Assembly: GCA_963832745.1 (NCBI GenBank)
Contig: CAWHVC010000005.1
Coordinates: 544,001 to 608,000 of the forward strand
Length of the DNA stretch: 64,000 nt
Direction: 5' to 3'
Source of the DNA: Candidatus Bathyarchaeota archaeon
GTDB lineage: Archaea; Thermoproteota; Bathyarchaeia; Bathyarchaeales; Bathycorpusculaceae
Each line of letters opens with the position of its first letter. Within the stretch, counting starts at the first letter, position 1. The notes beneath the pieces were generated by a model. It worked only from the letters and a program-made list of their open reading frames with translations. It was not told the origin of the DNA and ran no database searches. Made by a program: the position numbers and the translations under genes. Positions 39,776-50,231 of this stretch are shown here, piece by piece.

Positions 39776-40588
39776 TTAACCGAATTCTCCTGTGATATAT
39801 TTCTCTGTTAATTCGTTCTTGGGGTTTTCGAAAATCTGTCTTGTTTCTCCAAACTCAATTAGTTCACCAAGATACATGAAAGCAGTGTAATCTGAAACTC
39901 GCGACGCTTGCTGCATGTTATGGGTGACAATGACAACCGCGTAATCATGTTTAAGCTCAATAATCAACTTCTCAATCTTAGCGGTAGCTATAGGGTCAAG
40001 AGCTGAACAAGGTTCATCCATCAATATCACTTCAGGCTGTAACGCTATTGCCCTAGCAATACAGAGACGCTGCTGTTGACCACCTGAAATACTTGTACCG
40101 GGTTTTTTAAGGTCATCTTTTACTTCCTCCCAAAGCGTGGCTTGCTCAAGACTATGTTTCACGACCTGATCAAGGTTTTTACCTTTTTTTACCCCAGTCA
40201 ATCGTAAGCCTGCTGCAACGTTATCATAAATGCTCATTGTTGGGAACGGGTTTGGTTTTTGAAAGACCATACCGACACGTCGTCGAATTTGAACTGGATC
40301 AATTTGTGGGTCGTAAATGTTTTGTCCATCCAGTAAGATTTGACCAACCATTTTAGCGTTGGGTACTAGTTCGTGCATGCGGTTAAAGCAACGTAGGAAA
40401 GTGGATTTACCGCATCCGGATGGTCCAATAATAGCGGTGACGGTGTTTGGTTTCACTGTTAAGTTTACTGATTTTAGGACTTGCTTTTGGCCAAACCAGG
40501 CTTTGACGTCGATAGCTTGCATTTTGGCAGCTGGGTCTATTGCCTGCGTTGGCTGATTTGGTTTGAACTTTTCGTCTTGTATTGTCAT
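39776..40588 (-). CDS. pstB: Phosphate ABC transporter ATPase
   Basis: [30 protein letters not shown]; ATG 40588 overlaps pstA stop. Confidence 0.96.
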   Translation of the reverse strand: MTIQDEKFKPNQPTQAIDPAAKMQAIDVKAWFGQKQVLKSVNLTVKPNTVTAIIGPSGCGKSTFLRCFNRMHELVPNAKMVGQILLDGQNIYDPQIDPVQIRRRVGMVFQKPNPFPTMSIYDNVAAGLRLTGVKKGKNLDQVVKHSLEQATLWEEVKDDLKKPGTSISGGQQQRLCIARAIALQPEVILMDEPCSALDPIATAKIEKLIIELKHDYAVVIVTHNMQQASRVSDYTAFMYLGELIEFGETRQIFENPKNELTEKYITGEFG

Positions 40589-41418
40589 TATGTTTTCATT
40601 CTGCTCCTGCTGGCTATTCTGACAGCAATATTTATGCTTAATACTATTAAGATTAGAATCAAAGCAGCACCCCAACCTTGAGCTTGCAATTCTGGGTAAG
40701 GCTGTAGGGAGTCTCGCCAGATTTCAAGTGGCAATGCTGCCATGGGTTGTTCTAAGCCTTGGAAGAAGTAACGGTTTCCAAGGATAGTCATGATTAAGGG
40801 TGCAGTTTCGCCGGCGATTCTGGCTACTGCTAATAGTACTCCTGTTATGAGACCGCTTTTGGCGGTTGGTAGTACAACGCTTAGGGTGGTTCGCCATTTG
40901 TGTGCGCCAAGTGCCAGTGATGCTTCCCTGACGCTGTTGGGTACAAGTTTAAGGGATTCTTCTGTTGTTCGGGCAACGATAGGTATTAAGATGAAAGCTA
41001 ATGCGGCGGCACCTGCAATTGCTGAGTAATGTCCAACGACTGAAACAACGATTATTCCATATATAGTGATACCTACCACGATTGATGGAAACTCTGTTAA
41101 GATATCGTTGATTGTCCGCAGCGAATGTGCGTACCGATTGTTTCCAAATTCGGAAAGGTAAACACCTGATAATACTCCAATGGGGACACCGACGAGGCTT
41201 GTTAACCCGATTAGTATCAGGGTGCCTTGGATTGCTGGACCTATTCCGCCGTTAGCAGTTGTGGCAGTGATGAATGTAAGGCTTAGTTGCGGTGCACCTC
41301 TTATGACAACTTCAGTTAATATACTGATTAACGGTATTATGGCAATAGCAACACAGACGGCACATAGAATAAAGAAGAGACGGTTTTTGAATTTTCTAAA
41401 ACCGTAACTATGAATCAT
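40588..41418 (-). CDS. pstA: Phosphate ABC transporter permease
   Basis: [24 protein letters not shown]. Confidence 0.95.
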   Translation of the reverse strand: MIHSYGFRKFKNRLFFILCAVCVAIAIIPLISILTEVVIRGAPQLSLTFITATTANGGIGPAIQGTLILIGLTSLVGVPIGVLSGVYLSEFGNNRYAHSLRTINDILTEFPSIVVGITIYGIIVVSVVGHYSAIAGAAALAFILIPIVARTTEESLKLVPNSVREASLALGAHKWRTTLSVVLPTAKSGLITGVLLAVARIAGETAPLIMTILGNRYFFQGLEQPMAALPLEIWRDSLQPYPELQAQGWGAALILILIVLSINIAVRIASRSRMKT

Positions 41419-42408
41419 TCTACTGCGCCTCCTTTAACTTTGAACACACGTGTCATCACCAAGTGTGCTCCAACGTTAATCAGCAAACTCATGAGCAGCA
41501 AGATTAACCCTACACCAATGTAGGCTGAAATTTCCAGTTTGCTTGTTGCTTCCAGAAAACCGTTGGCGATTAAGGAAGCCATAGTTTGTCCTGATTGAAA
41601 TAGCGAATGGGGCATTGCTCCTGGTCCTGTTTGGTTGCCGATAAGCATTGCAACCGCCATGGTTTCGCCGACTGCTCTGCCTAAACCAAGAATTACTGCG
41701 CCAAAGATGCCGGAGCGGCCATAGCTTATGACCCAGTGCCGGATTACTTCCCATTTTGTTGCGCCGATACTGTAGGCTCCTTCACGGATGGAGTTTGGTA
41801 CAGACTGAAATTATTTCTTTAGAAATTGAAGCAACCGTGGGTATAATCATGATTGCTAATATGACTCCGGCTGTGAAAAAATCCAAGCCCATGGTTGAGC
41901 CGCTGAAGATGGGAATCCATCCCAAGTAAGTGTTTAATGGAATTTCGATATAGTTTACAATCCAGAAACGGAAAATGAAAAGCCCCCAAAGCCCATAAAT
42001 TACACTGGGTACAGCCGCAAGCAACTCAACCAAGTAACTAATGGGCACTCTAAGGGAACGGGGAGCCATTTCTACAAGGAAAACCGCGATGCCAAGGCTT
42101 AAGGGTACACCAATTAGTAACGCGATTCCTGAAGTTACAAGGGTGCCTAAAATGTAGGGTAACGCACCGTAAACTTGTGCGACGGTTTCGGACGGGTTCC
42201 ATTGTTGCCCATAAAAGAAGCTTAAGCCAAATTCTTGCAGTACAGGCACTGAGCCTTCTGCTAAAACATAACCTGTTATAAGTAAGATTGCTAATGCTGA
42301 TGCCGCAATTACTGCAGCAATTATTTTGAAAATGTTATCTCCGGTTAATTTGAAATTTTTAAGTTTTAAAAAAAATTTTAGGGGATTGTGAAGCTTCACT
42401 TTTTCCAC
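41415..42408 (-). CDS. pstC: Phosphate ABC transporter permease, frameshifted near 41811
   Basis: ELLAAVPSVIYGLWG in the first ORF; a shifted frame continues FQSVPNSIREGAYSIGA...GRAVGETMAV. Confidence 0.9.
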
Positions 42409-42409
42409 C

Positions 42410-43522
42410 TTAAGTTGGCACTGATAGTGGTTGACCGTCGAAGGTTATTGATCGAATGGTTGTTTCGTCGATTTGTACAACGTTTGATGGTAAGGGTGCG
42501 TATTCTAGTCCTGGAGCTAGTTGTTGGCCGTCATGTACTATGTACCATATGAAGTCAACTAGTGCTTGTGCTCTTGATTCTGTCATGCCTGGTATGGTGT
42601 TGAGTTCTTTGTATACTAAGAGATAAGTAAAGCTTACAATTGGATATGCATTTGAGTCGTCAACGTTAAGAGCGTTTACGTTTGACCAGCTTGCATCACC
42701 TGCAGGTAATCCACCTGATGAGGCTACTGCTTGTGCTGCTGCGGTTGTAGATTCCAATGTTGGCATTACAAAGTTACCTGAAGGATTTTTTATTGCTGCA
42801 ACTGTCATACCATTTTCTAGTGCATATGCTAATTCAACGTAGCCAATGGTATTTGCTGTACTGTTTACGATAGATGCAACACCAGCGTTTTGAGCTGCTC
42901 CACTGCCTACTGGCCAAGAAACGGATTTACCTTGACCAATATCGCTTGCCCAAGAAGTGCTAACTTTGGTTAAGTAACCTGTGAAGATGAAGGTAGTTCC
43001 TGAACCATCAGAACGGTGAACAACGTTAATTGTTTGTGCTGGTAAAGTGATGTCTGGGTTTAAGTTTTGGATTGCAGCATCATTCCACATGGTAATTTTA
43101 CCTTGGAAAATATCAGCAATAACTTGACCAGTCAATTTAAGACCAGATGAAACTCCTTCGATGTTATAAGCTACTGTTACTGCACCAATAGTTTCTGGAA
43201 TATGAAGTGCGTTTTGGACTTTTTCAACGTCTGAACTTGTCAATGGTGCATCTGAACCTGCGAAGTCAACAGTTTTGTCGGCCATTGCTTGGATGCCTCC
43301 GCCGCTGCCGATTGCTTGATAGTTGACCATTACGTTGGGTTTTATGTCGCTATCATATTTTGTTATGATGCTGTTAAGAAGTGGGTATGGGAAAGTTGCG
43401 CCTGAACCGTTGAGTATTATTTGTTCGGTTGCAGGGTTTGAAAGAGCTGTGTATGCTATAACTGAACCTGCAATTATGGCGATTGCAATTATTGCGATTA
43501 TGATTGTATATTTAGTGTTCAT
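42410..43522 (-). CDS. pstS: Phosphate-binding protein PstS
   Basis: GSGATFP, GSGGG, RSDGSGTT, YPIVSF. Confidence 0.95.
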   Translation of the reverse strand: MNTKYTIIIAIIAIAIIAGSVIAYTALSNPATEQIILNGSGATFPYPLLNSIITKYDSDIKPNVMVNYQAIGSGGGIQAMADKTVDFAGSDAPLTSSDVEKVQNALHIPETIGAVTVAYNIEGVSSGLKLTGQVIADIFQGKITMWNDAAIQNLNPDITLPAQTINVVHRSDGSGTTFIFTGYLTKVSTSWASDIGQGKSVSWPVGSGAAQNAGVASIVNSTANTIGYVELAYALENGMTVAAIKNPSGNFVMPTLESTTAAAQAVASSGGLPAGDASWSNVNALNVDDSNAYPIVSFTYLLVYKELNTIPGMTESRAQALVDFIWYIVHDGQQLAPGLEYAPLPSNVVQIDETTIRSITFDGQPLSVPT

Positions 43523-43560
43523 ATTTCCATTCCTTTGTTTTTGGTTTACTAAAAAGTCTC

Positions 43561-43609
43561 ATAGGTTATATAGCAAATCTCCATAAACTTTATAGTCTAT
43601 ATAGATATA
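43561..43609. promoter_or_regulatory. Candidate operator array (ATAGWCTAT-like) in the divergent pstS/regulator promoter
   Basis: ATAGGTTAT 43561, ATAGTCTAT 43592, ATAGATATA 43601; motif recurs at 46162 and 46228. Confidence 0.5.
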
Positions 43610-43618
43610 CCTAATATA

Positions 43619-44707
43619 ATGACGGAACACAAAGAAAGTAACTTGGAGTCAAAATTGACAAGTAAAGCAGCCGAAAAGCAAAATGAAGAACAACGGAAAC
43701 TTCAAGTTACAGGCGGATCCACATTTATTCTATCACTTCCAAAAGACTGGGCAACCAGAAACGAACTAAAACGCGGCAGTTCCATGGTCCTAAGAGAAGA
43801 AGAAGATGGCACATTATCCATTTCACCAACAAAATTTGAAAAGAAAGAAAAAAGAGACGAAGCATACATCAAAACAGGCCCCAACGACAACCCCGACGGC
43901 ATCATGAGAACCGCAATCTCCGCTTACCTAAACGGTTACAACGTCTTGCACATACGGGCACAAGGTCAAAAAGTCTTAACTACAAAAACTCGCAACCACT
44001 TGAAAATTTTTGCAAGAAACTACCTGGTAGGAACAGAAATTGTTATAGATACCCCAACTGAACTGACGCTTCAGGTACTGCTTAACTATCCAGAATTGAC
44101 AGTGCATAACGCACTTAGCCGCATGTCAATTATCGGTTCATCCATGCAAAAAGAAGCCTTAGCAGCCTTGAACAATTTAGATTATCAAAGCGCCAAAGCC
44201 GTTATCGAAACAGACCGAGAAGTAAACCGGTTTGGCCTTTACATTGTTAGGCTACTAAAGCTGGCAGTTTCAAACCCAAGGGTCGTAAAAGACATTGGAT
44301 TAAACACGCAACGAGAATGCATAGGCTACAGGCTTATCGCGAAAGCAGTTGAACGCACCGCTGACCATGCAACAAAAATGGCTGAAAACACTTTGCTCCT
44401 AAAAGAGCCAGTTAATCCTAACCTTTTAGAAAAAGTCAGTCAATTAAGCGTTTTAGCCAACACAATGTTTGAAAACTCCATGGAAGCCCTGTTTAAGCAT
44501 GATTTTAACTTAGCTGAAAGCGTAATTGAAAAACTCACTCAGGCACATAAATTTGAGAAAGAAGCAATTCTTCTAACGCAGGGACTTAAAAGCGAGGAAA
44601 TGGTAAACATCAGGTTACTTCTTGAAAGCGTACGTCGTATAGCAGAATACGCTAGTGATATTTCTGAAGTGGTTTTGAATATGACAGTTGAATCCGTTTT
44701 AAGTTAA
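43619..44707 (+). CDS. AbrB-PhoU fusion phosphate regulator
   Basis: RKLQVTGGSTFILSLPKDW, then two PhoU repeats (VERTADHA, VRRIAEYA). Confidence 0.92.
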   Translation: MTEHKESNLESKLTSKAAEKQNEEQRKLQVTGGSTFILSLPKDWATRNELKRGSSMVLREEEDGTLSISPTKFEKKEKRDEAYIKTGPNDNPDGIMRTAISAYLNGYNVLHIRAQGQKVLTTKTRNHLKIFARNYLVGTEIVIDTPTELTLQVLLNYPELTVHNALSRMSIIGSSMQKEALAALNNLDYQSAKAVIETDREVNRFGLYIVRLLKLAVSNPRVVKDIGLNTQRECIGYRLIAKAVERTADHATKMAENTLLLKEPVNPNLLEKVSQLSVLANTMFENSMEALFKHDFNLAESVIEKLTQAHKFEKEAILLTQGLKSEEMVNIRLLLESVRRIAEYASDISEVVLNMTVESVLS

Positions 44708-44835
44708 AACAACCAATTTTTTATTTTAAATTAAAGAAATCTCTTAAGTCCTACGGTATTTTTTTGAAAAATACGTTTTGTGTTTAAAACTTCAGTTTTT
44801 TTTAAAAATATAAAAAGAAAATAAAGTGGGTTTGT

Positions 44836-46086
44836 TTAGATTAAGGTATGGCCGTTGAAGGTTATTGACCGCAATGTTGTTTCGTCAAGTGCTACAACGT
44901 TTGCTGGCAATGGCGCATATTCGAGTCCTGGAGCGTATTGTTGACCATCGTGTACGACGTACCATAGGAATTGTACTAGTGCGGTAGCTTTATCCTGGGT
45001 CATGCCTGGGATTACGTTAAGTTCTTTGTAGGATAGCAGGTAGCTGAAGCTGACTATTGGGTAAGCGTCTGGATCGTTTGCGTTCAGCAGATTAACGTTT
45101 GTCCATGTTCCGTCACCTGCGGGTAGGCCTGATGATGCTACTGCTTGTGCTGCTGCGGTTGTAGATTCCAATGTTGGCATAATGTAGTGACCAGATGGAT
45201 TCTGAACTGCTGCAACTGTCATACCGTTTTCCAACGCATATGCCAATTCAACATAACCAATAGTGTTCGCAGTACTGTTAACAATAGATGCAACACCAGT
45301 ATTGCCATTTTGACCTGACCCCACCGGCCACGCTACAGATTTACCTTGACCAATATCGCTTGCCCAAGAGGTACTTACAGCGCTTAGGTAACCAGTGAAG
45401 ATAAAAGTGGTTCCGGAACCATCCGAACGGTGGACAACATTAATTGAATTTGCAGGTAATGTTACGCCAGGATTCAGGTTTTGGATTGCAGCATCATTCC
45501 ACATGGTAATTTTACCTTGGAAAATGTCTGCAATAACTTGTCCAGTCAATTTAAGACCAGATGAAACACCTTGAACGTTATAGGCTACTGTTACTGCACC
45601 AATAGTTTCTGGAATATGTAATGCATTTGGAACGTTTGCCATGTCGCTTGCGCTGAGAGGAGCATCTGAAGCTGCAAAGTCAACGGTTTTGGCTTGCATT
45701 GCTGAGATGCCTCCGCCGCTGCCTATTGATTGATAGTTAACGGTTATTGTTGAGTGGTCGTTTGTGTAGGCGGTTATCATGTCGTCAAGCAGTGGGAATG
45801 GGAATGTTGCACCTGCACCGTTTAAGTTTGCTGATATTGGTGATACTGTTGGTGTCGGGGTTGGGTTTACACTTGTTGTTGGTGTTGGTGTGGTTGTTCC
45901 AGTTGGTGTTGGAGTCGTTGATGTACTAGGTGAGGGAGTTGCACTTGTAGAGGCGGTTGGTGTTGGCGTGTTTGATGTTTGTGGTGTTGATTCAGCAGGT
46001 TGTGAGAGGTAAATGTAACTTACTGCTGCTGCAACAATGATTATGATTGCGACTATTCCGATAATAGTTTTTTGAGTATTGTCCAT
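44836..46086 (-). CDS. pstS: Second PstS with Thr/Pro-rich linker
   Basis: GAGATFP, RSDGSGTT; ~55-aa TP-rich stalk after TM. Confidence 0.93.
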   Translation of the reverse strand: MDNTQKTIIGIVAIIIIVAAAVSYIYLSQPAESTPQTSNTPTPTASTSATPSPSTSTTPTPTGTTTPTPTTSVNPTPTPTVSPISANLNGAGATFPFPLLDDMITAYTNDHSTITVNYQSIGSGGGISAMQAKTVDFAASDAPLSASDMANVPNALHIPETIGAVTVAYNVQGVSSGLKLTGQVIADIFQGKITMWNDAAIQNLNPGVTLPANSINVVHRSDGSGTTFIFTGYLSAVSTSWASDIGQGKSVAWPVGSGQNGNTGVASIVNSTANTIGYVELAYALENGMTVAAVQNPSGHYIMPTLESTTAAAQAVASSGLPAGDGTWTNVNLLNANDPDAYPIVSFSYLLSYKELNVIPGMTQDKATALVQFLWYVVHDGQQYAPGLEYAPLPANVVALDETTLRSITFNGHTLI

Positions 46087-46141
46087 TTTATGTTTTTCCT
46101 CTGAGTGGCATTATAGAAAAGTAAGTAATATACGGAGTCAT

Positions 46142-46239
46142 CATAAACTAAATATGAGCATATAGACTATTTAGAAAGAAAATAAATTTCAGCAAAAATG
46201 TTAAAAAACAAAAAATTTTCAGATAAAATAGACTATTTT
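46142..46239. promoter_or_regulatory. Candidate operators upstream of second pstS
   Basis: ATAGACTAT at 46162; palindrome AAAATAG-A-CTATTTT at 46225-46239. Confidence 0.5.
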
Positions 46240-46276
46240 ATAAACTGTTTCAGATTAAAACAAAAACAAGGGTTTT

Positions 46277-46450
46277 TTACTGGAACGCTTCTAGATGAAC
46301 AAGATACAAGTCTGGAACGCATTCACTTGCTTCATCCACTAAATGTGCTGTTCCGTCTGGACAGTACACTTTATCGCCTTTGCTGGCTTTGTTGAAGCGT
46401 CTGCTGCACACTTTTAATTGGCTGCAGCCATCACAATCTCTTGAAAGCAT
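46277..46450 (-). CDS. Cys-rich microprotein (57 aa), paralog of 4736..4861
   Basis: MLSRDCDGCSQLKVCSRRFNKASKGDKVYCPDGTAHLVDEASECVPDLYLVHLEAFQ; GAGGTGA RBS upstream. Confidence 0.85.
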   Translation of the reverse strand: MLSRDCDGCSQLKVCSRRFNKASKGDKVYCPDGTAHLVDEASECVPDLYLVHLEAFQ

Positions 46451-46626
46451 ATTTTTCTTTCACCTCTAACTTATCAAGACATATTTTAAGCGTTTGAGCC
46501 TATAGAGCTATTCTTAATAAAATATATAGAATAAATAGTGAAGGATGGTAAAGGGAAAAAGCGTTTTTAATCCAGAAACATTTTTTAGACGAGCAACGAA
46601 ACTCCATCCAGAAGAGTTTCCTGTTT

Positions 46627-47283
46627 ATGCGCGAAAGCAAGTTCAAAGCCAAATGCATCTTCTTAGACTTAGACGGAACAATAGTAGATTCACGCCAAGC
46701 CTATCTTGAAGCTGCACAAATAGGTTTTCAAGCCATAGGGCAAGAGCCTCCTGAAATGAAAGTTGCACTTGAAATTCCTAAACGTATGGAGCAAGGCTTA
46801 GAATTTGAGGATTTGATTCGAGGCGACCCTAAAACCTTCATAAAGGCATACCTGAAAGGGTATCAAGCACTTACTGAGGAGAAAACAAGGCTTTTACCCA
46901 ACGTTTCAGGAGCCATTGAGGCATTGTCATTGAAGGCTAAGCTTGGATTAATTACAATGCGTCATGTTCCGAATCAGGCGGTTGTGAAGGAACTGAACTA
47001 TTTTGGCATAGGTAAATACTTTTCAAGCGTCATGACAGCTCTTGATACTACAAAACCCAAACCATCACCTGAAGCGATATTCAAATGCATCCAAAACCTT
47101 GATGTTGAAATCTGCGATTGTTTAATGGCCGGCGACTCGGTAAATGATATTAAAGCAGGTAAAGCTGCAGGGGCAAAAACAGTTGGTTTTCTTTCAGGAT
47201 TGTATTATCATGAGGAACTCGCGATGGAATGCCCAGACATGATTTTGCCTGACCTGTCAAAGCTTCCTGAAGTAATAAGTTAA
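46627..47283 (+). CDS. HAD-superfamily hydrolase (phosphoglycolate phosphatase-like)
   Basis: DLDGTIVDS, KPSPE, GDSVND. Confidence 0.92.
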   Translation: MRESKFKAKCIFLDLDGTIVDSRQAYLEAAQIGFQAIGQEPPEMKVALEIPKRMEQGLEFEDLIRGDPKTFIKAYLKGYQALTEEKTRLLPNVSGAIEALSLKAKLGLITMRHVPNQAVVKELNYFGIGKYFSSVMTALDTTKPKPSPEAIFKCIQNLDVEICDCLMAGDSVNDIKAGKAAGAKTVGFLSGLYYHEELAMECPDMILPDLSKLPEVIS

Positions 47284-47416
47284 CTTTTTTTGGTATTTCG
47301 GGTTTTGATATATTACGTAAACCTGCCTAAGCCAGTTATATGGCGATTTCCTGATAAAGTTTAATTAAAACCTCAAACTAACACACTAATGGAGAGGGCT
47401 TAGAGCGGGAATCAGT

Positions 47417-48025
47417 ATGAATTTCGTAGAGATTATGCTAGGGGAGAAATTGAAAGATGCAGACCCAGCCTTAGACGTTATGGGTTCTGACCGCAAAGTT
47501 CTGCAGGTAGCATGCCAAGACTTCACAAACTACCTCAAGTTTCACTGGAACTTGATAGGAAAAGAAGCAAGCCAATGCGAACTTGTAGAGAAACTTGAAA
47601 AACAATTCCATGAAAACCCAGCTGAACTGGAAGCATTCTTAACCATTTGGACTGGCATGTGGCTAAAGAAATGGAAAGAACGCGTCAAACTACTAATTGG
47701 CGACCAAAACCAAAACAAATGGAGCAAAATTTCTAAAACCTTAAGCAACGCTGAACCATACTGGAAAAAGATTGAACGCAAACAGGAATTAACCGAAGTT
47801 GTCATTGGTACATTGCTCAAGAATGGGGAAATCTGCGGCACCGAAATCCTTGCGGAAAACCTGCTAAAGATGGAGCTTGGAGAGAAACGTGCTCAAAACC
47901 TTGGCGACAAAGACCGTGTGTTCACAGTTGTAAACGCTGCGTTACGTAAAGCTCGTGAGATGTCTCAAAGCAAAGGTCCATTGATCTTTGTAAAGATTGA
48001 TAAGGGCTACTATAGTCCGGAATAA
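47417..48025 (+). CDS. Hypothetical protein
   Basis: 202-aa ORF with T-rich terminator-like tract; no motif. Confidence 0.75.
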   Translation: MNFVEIMLGEKLKDADPALDVMGSDRKVLQVACQDFTNYLKFHWNLIGKEASQCELVEKLEKQFHENPAELEAFLTIWTGMWLKKWKERVKLLIGDQNQNKWSKISKTLSNAEPYWKKIERKQELTEVVIGTLLKNGEICGTEILAENLLKMELGEKRAQNLGDKDRVFTVVNAALRKAREMSQSKGPLIFVKIDKGYYSPE

Positions 48026-48099
48026 AAAAAATCAACCTCTTTTCTTATTTTAAATTTTTTAAATAAACGTTAATACGGCTCTTTTTCTTAACTATTATT

Positions 48100-48651
48100 T
48101 TGCTTATGACCAAGTATTCATCGCCCAAACGTCTATCAATATTTTTCGCGATAACCATAATCAACATGGTGCTTGCCCGTTATGCCGCCTTAAGCATCTC
48201 AAACATTCCCGGAGTAGTCACATTCTATTTTGCGGTTGCGTTTATGATTCCGTTTGCCCTTTGGTTTGGACCTTTAGGCGCCGCTGCAGCTTACGTTGGC
48301 TGCTTTTTTGGTTCAGGAATCCCCGCCGGTTTGCCTTGGGAAGCTAACCTTTATTGGTCCCTGGCTGACCTTTGGCAAGTTCTGATTCCGCTCTTAGCGT
48401 TTATGTTTCTCAAAGCAGACATTGGGTTAAAATCCAAGCGTGATTTTGGTGTATTCTTAGTTTTTGGCGTAGTTTTGAACAATCTTGTAGGCGCATTGTG
48501 GGGAAGTGGCATGTTTGTTTTAAGCGGACAATTCGTTTATGGGGACTTTTGGGGGCTTTTTACCAACTGGTTCCTTGGCAACATGCTGGTAACCGTGTTG
48601 ATAGCACCGCTTCTTCTAAGATTTATTACGCCAGTTTTCAAAAAAAGGTAA
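48100..48651 (+). CDS. Integral membrane protein (ECF S-component/MASE1-like)
   Basis: About five TM helices, LWFGPLGAAAAYVG, WFLGN. Confidence 0.6.
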   Translation: MLMTKYSSPKRLSIFFAITIINMVLARYAALSISNIPGVVTFYFAVAFMIPFALWFGPLGAAAAYVGCFFGSGIPAGLPWEANLYWSLADLWQVLIPLLAFMFLKADIGLKSKRDFGVFLVFGVVLNNLVGALWGSGMFVLSGQFVYGDFWGLFTNWFLGNMLVTVLIAPLLLRFITPVFKKR

Positions 48652-48662
48652 ACCAGTCGAGT

Positions 48663-49967
48663 TCAAAGACTTTTCTTTCTTCTTAAAACCACAAAAACGA
48701 CGACAACTGTGAGTATTATGCCTAAAACACTTATTGCTACAACCTCAACGGTTTGGTTACCCAGTTTTTCAGGGGTTTCTAATGGCGTTTCATTTTGCGG
48801 AGCAGTTACTAAAGGGGAAGTTGTAGGAAAGGGATTCGTTGAGCCAAAAGCGTAAAGATTACCGTCCTTTGAACCCACATACATGTTACCGTATGCTATC
48901 GCCGGCGACGATTGCACCCAGTCGCCAGTACGAAAACTCCAAATTTTCGCTCCGTTCTCGGCATTTAGGCAGTAAATGTCGCCGCTTTGAACAAGCACAT
49001 GCATACCCGTACCAAAATAAACTTTGCCACCTGCAACCGCTATTGAAGCGTCTACCCAACTGCTTGTGTTAAATTCCCAAACAGTTGCGCCATTGGAGGC
49101 GTTTAGACAGTGAAGTTTTTGGTCGTTTCCACCAATGTAAACCTGCCCGTCATGGACTGATGGAGAAGAGAAAGCGCCATAAGTAACGGAGTGTTGCCAA
49201 AGAAAGCTGCCGTCTAAAGCGTTAAGGGCGATTACGTATTTGCCGTCTGTGCCAAAATAAACGGCGCCATCTGCGACTGAGGGTGAAGACCGAACCCAGT
49301 TTCCCACATAATACGTCCAAATAATGGTGCCATCTGCAGCGTTTAGACAGTAAAAATAGCGGTCATCCGAGCCAACATACAGCTTACCATCTGCGATTGC
49401 GGGGCATGAATCTATGACACCACCTGTTGTGTAATTCCATTTTAAAGCACCAGTTAAAGCGTCGAGTGCGTAAACGTTGTGGTCATTAGATCCAAAATAG
49501 ACAAGTCCCCCTGTTATGGTAGATGAGTCTTGCATTTTTCCAACTGTGTAGTTCCAAACTTTTTGGCCTGATGAAGCGTCTAGGCAGTAAAAGTTTTCTT
49601 CCCAGTAAGAGCTAGCATACAGATACCCATTGCTGAAGCTTGGAGCCGAATTTGCGGTACAATTAATAAATAAACGCCAAATCTTAGAGCCATCAAAAGC
49701 GTTTAAGCAATAAATGCTGCCGTCATCTGAACATACAAAAACTTTTTCGTCAGCAACTACTGGATAACCTACTGCTCCACCTGTTTTGAAGTTCCAAAGC
49801 GTATGGTTTGTTTCTGGGGCTGTGCCTGCTGAATACCCGCTGTGAATTGGGTCATGCTGGAATGTTGCCCATTCATCAACATTAGAACCATCAGTAGCAC
49901 ACATAACTGGCTGAACAAGAAGAGTTAAAGTAACGATTACTAAGGATAGGACAGCTTTGGTTTTCAC
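48663..49967 (-). CDS. PQQ-like (BamB-type) beta-propeller surface protein with C-terminal anchor
   Basis: Repeated SSP..A.G.VY.GS.D..Y.L.A..G...W; TM plus RRKK. Confidence 0.9.
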   Translation of the reverse strand: MKTKAVLSLVIVTLTLLVQPVMCATDGSNVDEWATFQHDPIHSGYSAGTAPETNHTLWNFKTGGAVGYPVVADEKVFVCSDDGSIYCLNAFDGSKIWRLFINCTANSAPSFSNGYLYASSYWEENFYCLDASSGQKVWNYTVGKMQDSSTITGGLVYFGSNDHNVYALDALTGALKWNYTTGGVIDSCPAIADGKLYVGSDDRYFYCLNAADGTIIWTYYVGNWVRSSPSVADGAVYFGTDGKYVIALNALDGSFLWQHSVTYGAFSSPSVHDGQVYIGGNDQKLHCLNASNGATVWEFNTSSWVDASIAVAGGKVYFGTGMHVLVQSGDIYCLNAENGAKIWSFRTGDWVQSSPAIAYGNMYVGSKDGNLYAFGSTNPFPTTSPLVTAPQNETPLETPEKLGNQTVEVVAISVLGIILTVVVVFVVLRRKKSL

Positions 49968-50057
49968 AGTACCATCAACAAAAAAATAACAGTTTTTGGC
50001 TTTTAGTTCTATTTAGGGAACGGGACGTTCCAATGTTGGAACAGCAAACAACAGAAT

Positions 50058-50222
50058 TTCAACATATTAATGACACATTTTTCAACCAATACGACCTACC
50101 CCCCTTAGTGATTTTAAGTTTAGAAGAGTACCGGTAGAGCCTACCCCTACTTGAAAAGGTAGGCCCCTATAGGTTTTTGCATTGATCTGCTATTTGGATC
50201 CTAATAGGCGGCTAATAGGTTG
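50058..50222 (+). repeat. Dispersed intergenic repeat, copy D (composite)
   Basis: 5' half at 50058-50109; GCCTACCCC at 50139; 3' half CCCCTATAGGTTTTTGCATTGATCTGCTATTTGGATCCTAATAGG at 50164-50208; duplicated CTAATAGG. Confidence 0.8.
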
Positions 50223-50231
50223 GTAAAAAAT

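Noticed and set aside
45830-46000. Tandem GTTGGT-like repeats
   Set aside because: They encode the Thr/Pro linker of PstS2
46277-46450. Ribosomal protein L40e or similar Zn-ribbon r-protein
   Set aside because: Cys spacing and low basicity do not fit, and a near-identical paralog exists
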